NCBI GenBank assembly: GCA_947623925.1
Contig: CANQID010000004.1
Location: forward strand, 8,405 to 72,404
Source of the DNA: an uncultured Bacilli bacterium
GTDB lineage: Bacteria; Bacillota_I; Bacilli_A; RF39; UBA660
DNA: 64,000 bases
Reading direction: 5' to 3'
In this document: one piece after another, positions 59,933 to 64,000 of the stretch
Numbering within the stretch: position 1 is the first letter of the stretch
Layout of the letters: the number at the start of each line of letters is the position of its first letter
Position numbers and translations under genes: made by a program
Notes under the pieces: generated by a model
Seen by the model: the letters and a program-made list of their open reading frames with translations, nothing else
Database searches by the model: none
Told to the model about the DNA's origin: nothing

Positions 59933-61330
59933 TTATTCACATGTAAGATTGTCATTTAAAATTATATGTGTTGGATTATTTACATCAGATTTTGTACCAT
60001 TTTTTAATATATTTTCTGAATTATAGTATATATATCCCTCACCTGCTGTTATACCAAAGTCTTTTTCATACCCAGTAATACTTCCATCACATATATTAAA
60101 AGATCCTATTCCACGCATTTCAATTCCAATATATGCAGAGCTTAATATAGTGTTGTCTTTTATTTTTATTATAGATATCCCATCATTCTTTATTCCATAA
60201 CCATATGCATCTATTGTTGTATTATAAATTTGTAATGTACCAGCACTATTATCCCAAACACAATTATCAGATATACAGTTAAAATTAGAATTTTTAATTG
60301 TTGCTTGGCCATTACCATAAATTCCAAATGCTTTTCCAGATGAAGTAACACTAACTTTTTCCAAAGTAGCAATTGAATTTCCTGACACCATTATAGGATA
60401 ACAATCTTTAACGTCGTTTCTACACTTAAGAACGGAATCATTTATAATTATATTTGAATTATCTTCAGTTATTATTCCATTATAAGTTCCACCATTTAAA
60501 ATTACATTTGCATTTTTTTGTAAATGAAAGCTTGCCCCTCGTGAAGATACTTCATCATGATTATCAAATGTAACATTAGAATTCTTTCCATTTACTTTTA
60601 AATTTCCAATTACTTCCAAAAAATACCCACTTAAATTTTTCTGATTTAAATCTATTACTACATCTTTTCCTTCTTTTATAGTCAAAGTATTTTCTAACTC
60701 TATATCACTTAATAATAATATATTATTTTTTGTATTATCTATATTATTTATTGTATCTTCCAAATTACTATTAAAATTACATTCTGAATTTCCTAATATG
60801 TTTTCTATTTTTATTTTTCCATCTTCTTCTTTTATTGTTACTCCATTATTACATACTATATTTGTTCCTTCTTCTTTTTCTATACTTGTATTTGTACTAT
60901 TTCCTATGTATACTTTCTTTACTTGTTCATTATTTTTCTTTATTATTAATGTTTTATTATTTGTATCTTTACAATAATCATTTTCTGATATACTTGACAC
61001 TCCATCTATATAATCTATTGAATATTTATTTATACATAGATTCGCACTTTCTATATCACCTTTTTTTATTGTTATACTTCCATTACTTGGTCCTGTTCCT
61101 GTATATTCTGCTTTTATGTTATTATCTAGTACACTATATAATCCATCACTTAATTCATTCATTATTAAATAGTTTGATACTGCTCTTACATATCCTTCTG
61201 CACTATTTAATGCTGTACTTTTTATTGATGATTCTATTACATTTAATAATATTGGTGTTGTTATTAACGCTAGTACTGCAAGTATTACTATTACCGCTAA
61301 TAATTCAACTAATGTAAATCCTTTTCTCAT
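59933..61330 (-). CDS. large type IV pilin-like protein with C-terminal parallel beta-helix domain (paralog 2)
   Basis: 465 aa. It has the same class III signal (MRKGFTLVELLAVIVILAV) and an N-terminal ~220 aa near-identical to ORF 3442..5223. The C-terminal domain is divergent, apart from the last ~15 aa (..NPTHIILNDNLTCE). Confidence 0.75.
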   Translation of the reverse strand: MRKGFTLVELLAVIVILAVLALITTPILLNVIESSIKSTALNSAEGYVRAVSNYLIMNELSDGLYSVLDNNIKAEYTGTGPSNGSITIKKGDIESANLCINKYSIDYIDGVSSISENDYCKDTNNKTLIIKKNNEQVKKVYIGNSTNTSIEKEEGTNIVCNNGVTIKEEDGKIKIENILGNSECNFNSNLEDTINNIDNTKNNILLLSDIELENTLTIKEGKDVVIDLNQKNLSGYFLEVIGNLKVNGKNSNVTFDNHDEVSSRGASFHLQKNANVILNGGTYNGIITEDNSNIIINDSVLKCRNDVKDCYPIMVSGNSIATLEKVSVTSSGKAFGIYGNGQATIKNSNFNCISDNCVWDNSAGTLQIYNTTIDAYGYGIKNDGISIIKIKDNTILSSAYIGIEMRGIGSFNICDGSITGYEKDFGITAGEGYIYYNSENILKNGTKSDVNNPTHIILNDNLTCE

Positions 61331-61410
61331 TTACTTCCTTCTTTCTACCTTACTTATATAATATCACACTTGACTTAACTTTTGTCAAGTAGGCGTTGAA
61401 ATAATATAAA
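60670..61410. repeat. ~0.74-kb duplicated segment (pilin N-terminal cassette plus promoter), copy 2
   Basis: Near-identical at the DNA level to 4560-5300. Confidence 0.7.
61351..61388 (-). promoter_or_regulatory. putative promoter of pilin-like gene 2 (no homopolymer tract)
   Basis: The -35 TTGACA at 61383-61388 (complement) is followed by TATTAT/GATATT -10 candidates and an AAGGAAG RBS. It is homologous to the paralog-1 promoter except that the G-tract region is replaced. Confidence 0.4.
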
Positions 61411-61416
61411 AATATA

Positions 61417-61436
61417 TAAAAAACAGCTTTAAGCTG
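61417..61436 (-). terminator. rho-independent terminator of rpmE, overlapping its stop codon
   Basis: On the minus strand the sequence is AACAGCTTAAAGCTGTT followed by TTTTTATATATTTTT. Confidence 0.6.
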
Positions 61437-61635
61437 TTCTTCCAAATTTACGATTAAATTTCTCTACTGCACCTGTTTTTTTAGTTGTTGTACTTTGTCC
61501 ACCATTAAAAGCAGGATGACATTTATTACAAACTTCTAAATGTAGTTCTTTTTTATTTGATTTTACTGTAAATGTATTCCCACATGCACAAGTAACTTTA
61601 GTATCTACATATTCAGGATGTATACCTTTTTTCAT
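61429..61635 (-). CDS. rpmE: 50S ribosomal protein L31
   Basis: 68 aa, MKKGIHPEY.., with a CxxC...C..CHP zinc ribbon. Confidence 0.9.
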   Translation of the reverse strand: MKKGIHPEYVDTKVTCACGNTFTVKSNKKELHLEVCNKCHPAFNGGQSTTTKKTGAVEKFNRKFGRTA

Positions 61636-61723
61636 ATTTTATCTCCTTCCGCCATGACAAACTTATGTCATAGAAATTTACTTACATAGTATAACAATAT
61701 TTTAATTAAAAATCAACTGTTTT

Positions 61724-62368
61724 TTAATCATCTGATTTACCAAATAGAGAAATAAGTCTATAAAATAAGTTTATAAAATCCAAATATAATTGAAATGCTG
61801 TAAAAATTGCTAAATTATCTTCATTCGGAACAAAATTAGCTAAATATTTAACTCTTTGAATGTCATAAGCAATATAACCTAAAAATATTATTATTCCTAC
61901 ATAGCATAAAATTAAATCTAATGTTTCTGAACCAATAAATAAATTAACTATAGTTATAATAACTAATGCAAGTAATCCAATTAATAATATAGTACTTATT
62001 TTAGACAAGTCAAGTTTAGTTACAGTTCCTATAAAAGCAAATATACCAAATAATACTGCTGTTACCGCAAATACAAGTATTATAGAACTTATTTCATATG
62101 CTACAAATATAAGTGACAAACTTAACCCTGTTGTAAAAGAATATACAAAATATAATATTTTGGCTGTTGTAGGATTCATTTTAGTTAATCTTACAGATAA
62201 AAATATCGCTATAAATATTTCAATTATAAATATTATTATTGTATAACTTGGTTTTAATATATTAAATACCATATTTGAATTAGTTGATACATAAAAACCT
62301 GTTAAAAATGAAACTGCTAAACCTAAAAACAACCATAAATATACCTTTGAATATAATTTATTTTCCAT
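61724..62368 (-). CDS. Bax-inhibitor-1 / YccA-family membrane protein
   Basis: 214 aa with 7 TM helices. BI-1-like C-terminus. Confidence 0.65.
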   Translation of the reverse strand: MENKLYSKVYLWLFLGLAVSFLTGFYVSTNSNMVFNILKPSYTIIIFIIEIFIAIFLSVRLTKMNPTTAKILYFVYSFTTGLSLSLIFVAYEISSIILVFAVTAVLFGIFAFIGTVTKLDLSKISTILLIGLLALVIITIVNLFIGSETLDLILCYVGIIIFLGYIAYDIQRVKYLANFVPNEDNLAIFTAFQLYLDFINLFYRLISLFGKSDD

Positions 62369-62402
62369 TTTAATACCTCCTTATGTTATTATATCACATA
62401 TT

Positions 62403-62918
62403 TTAACTAATATATTCAATATTATGTTTATTACATAATTTTTTTATTTGTGATTCTATATAACTATCTACTTTAGGATCAATTTGTACTTTCAAAAATT
62501 GTATATCTTCTTTACTATATTGACGAATAAGAGTAAATAATTCATCTAAATCTAATATTGTTTTATCTATATTTTCATATAAATTTTCATCATCTAATAT
62601 TGATTTAAAATCATTATAACCTATATTTAAAGTAATATAATCTGCTTTAATTATATAATTAAGTATTGTTTTATTATCTATTTCTTTTTTAAATTTTATG
62701 TCATTAACTATATCTGTTATTCTATAATTTTTATCTAAAAAACTTGTGTTGTAACTCATTAAATTATTACTATTTTCTAAATTTTGTTTTTTTTCTATAA
62801 TATAATCTGAATTATCAGAAATTCCTAAAATTAAATATGATTTTTTATTTACTTTTGTAACTGAATATATAGCTATTATCAAAATAACAATAAAAGATAA
62901 AAAAAGGTATTTTTTCAT
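62403..62918 (-). CDS. secreted/membrane-anchored hypothetical protein
   Basis: 171 aa with an N-terminal signal/TM helix. No clear motif. Confidence 0.4.
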   Translation of the reverse strand: MKKYLFLSFIVILIIAIYSVTKVNKKSYLILGISDNSDYIIEKKQNLENSNNLMSYNTSFLDKNYRITDIVNDIKFKKEIDNKTILNYIIKADYITLNIGYNDFKSILDDENLYENIDKTILDLDELFTLIRQYSKEDIQFLKVQIDPKVDSYIESQIKKLCNKHNIEYIS

Positions 62919-62975
62919 ATTTCACCTCAAAAAAAGTAGATAAATCTACTTTAATTATATTTTTATTATATTTTT

Positions 62976-64000
62976 TTAGTACTCTTCTATAGTTAATTTA
63001 GCACCTACATTATTTAATTTACCAACTATATTTTCATATCCTCTCAATATATGTTCTACCTCTTTAACAGTTGTTTTTCCTTCTGCAACAAGACCAGCTA
63101 ATATTAAACAAGCCCCTGCTCTTAAATCTGTTGCAATTACTTCTTTTCCTACCAATTTTGTTGGACCTTTTATGTATAATTTATTAGAATCTATTTTTAT
63201 ATCTGCTCCCATTTTATTCAAATACTCAACATTTAAAAACCTGTTTTCATATATAGTTTCTTCCACAATAGAATTACCATTTGCTTGAGTAAACAAAGCA
63301 GTTATTGGTTGTTGTAAATCTGTTGGAAATCCTGGATAACCAAGTGTTTTTATTGATGAAGAACGTAAATTATTAGATGAAGAAACAATAATATAATCTA
63401 TGCCTATAGTCATTTTTACATTCATTTCTTTTAATTTTGAAGTTAATGATTCTAAATGACTTGGAATTATATTATCAATTTTAAGCTCTTCTCCAATTAA
63501 AGCCCCTGCTAAAATATAAGTACCTGCTTCGATTCTATCAGGAATTACTTCTGTAAATGCACTTCCTAGTACTTCTACTCCTTCAATTGTAATAGAACTA
63601 GTTCCTGCACCGCTTATTTTTGCACCCATATTATTTAAAAATGTTGCAATGTTTACAATTTCAGGCTCTTTTGCAGCATTTTCAATAACTGTTGTACCTT
63701 TTGCTTTGACAGCAGCAAACATTATATTTATTGTTGCACCAACTGAAGCAATATCTAGATAAATTCTAGTTCCTTTTAATTCTTCTGCTTCTAAAGTAAA
63801 TTTATTATCCTTTTCTATTATTTTTGCACCTAATGCTTCTAACCCTTTTAAATGTAAATTAATAGGTCTAGGTCCTATTGAACATCCACCGGGAAAATAA
63901 AGTTCTGCTTTTTTATATCTACCAAGTAAAGCTCCCATAAAGTAATATGAAGCCCTTAATTTTTTTGCTTTACTTTCTGGTATTTCTTTATTAATTATTG
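62976..64000 (-). CDS. murA: UDP-N-acetylglucosamine 1-carboxyvinyltransferase MurA (5' end beyond window)
   Basis: Motifs PGGCSIGPRPINLHLKGL and GYPGFPTDLQQP. The reading frame stays open to the window edge, so the true N-terminus lies beyond position 64000. Confidence 0.85.
   Translation of the reverse strand, partial: IINKEIPESKAKKLRASYYFMGALLGRYKKAELYFPGGCSIGPRPINLHLKGLEALGAKIIEKDNKFTLEAEELKGTRIYLDIASVGATINIMFAAVKAKGTTVIENAAKEPEIVNIATFLNNMGAKISGAGTSSITIEGVEVLGSAFTEVIPDRIEAGTYILAGALIGEELKIDNIIPSHLESLTSKLKEMNVKMTIGIDYIIVSSSNNLRSSSIKTLGYPGFPTDLQQPITALFTQANGNSIVEETIYENRFLNVEYLNKMGADIKIDSNKLYIKGPTKLVGKEVIATDLRAGACLILAGLVAEGKTTVKEVEHILRGYENIVGKLNNVGAKLTIEEY

Noticed and set aside
1-64000. Possibility of a Mollicutes-type genetic code (TGA=Trp) given the extreme AT content and short proteins
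   Set aside because: ORFs terminate cleanly at TGA/TAA/TAG with full-length conserved proteins. Sporulation genes (spoIID, spoIIID, cotJC) indicate Clostridia with the standard code.

Overview
Very AT-rich chromosomal segment, almost certainly from an endospore-forming Firmicute (Clostridia). Sporulation genes are present: cotJC with a CotJA/B-like gene, and spoIID, a SpoIIQ-like M23 gene, spoIIID and mreB/mbl in the order known from Peptostreptococcaceae. Most genes lie on the minus strand and code density is high.

Housekeeping genes:
- truA, an RluA-family pseudouridine synthase, ddl, xfp (phosphoketolase), typA, addAB, rpiB, rpmE, murA (partial) and tRNA-His

Cell-envelope genes:
- lgt
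- an MBOAT + DHHW acyltransferase pair
- three FemAB-family paralogs, an ATP-grasp ligase, a PLP aminotransferase and a MOP flippase
- several M23 peptidases
- a glucosaminidase-domain protein

Mobile DNA:
- one intact ISLre2/UPF0236-type insertion sequence with imperfect terminal inverted repeats and a 10-bp target duplication
- two further transposase/XRE remnants

Features that stand out:
1. A 693-aa protein built from about 14 near-identical tandem 29-aa repeats whose differences concentrate at a few positions. This resembles modular nucleic-acid-binding repeat proteins (TALE/PPR/mTERF-like). It is translationally coupled to a small ORF and bracketed by two identical 31-bp palindromes.
2. 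Two large type IV pilin-like proteins. They have class III signal peptides and parallel beta-helix C-terminal domains. They share a near-identical ~220-aa N-terminal cassette plus promoter. One carries an 11-bp homopolymeric G/C tract inside its promoter spacer, a candidate phase-variation switch.
3. A UvrD/HelD-like helicase with an embedded restriction-endonuclease-like (DUF559/Vsr-like) insertion, preceded by an unknown 336-aa protein. This is a possible defence or RNAP-associated module.
4. A VTC / DUF4956 / Cthe_2159-family beta-helix operon.
5. A degenerate heterodimeric ABC ATPase pair next to truA without an EcfT gene.

No CRISPR array or rRNA is present.
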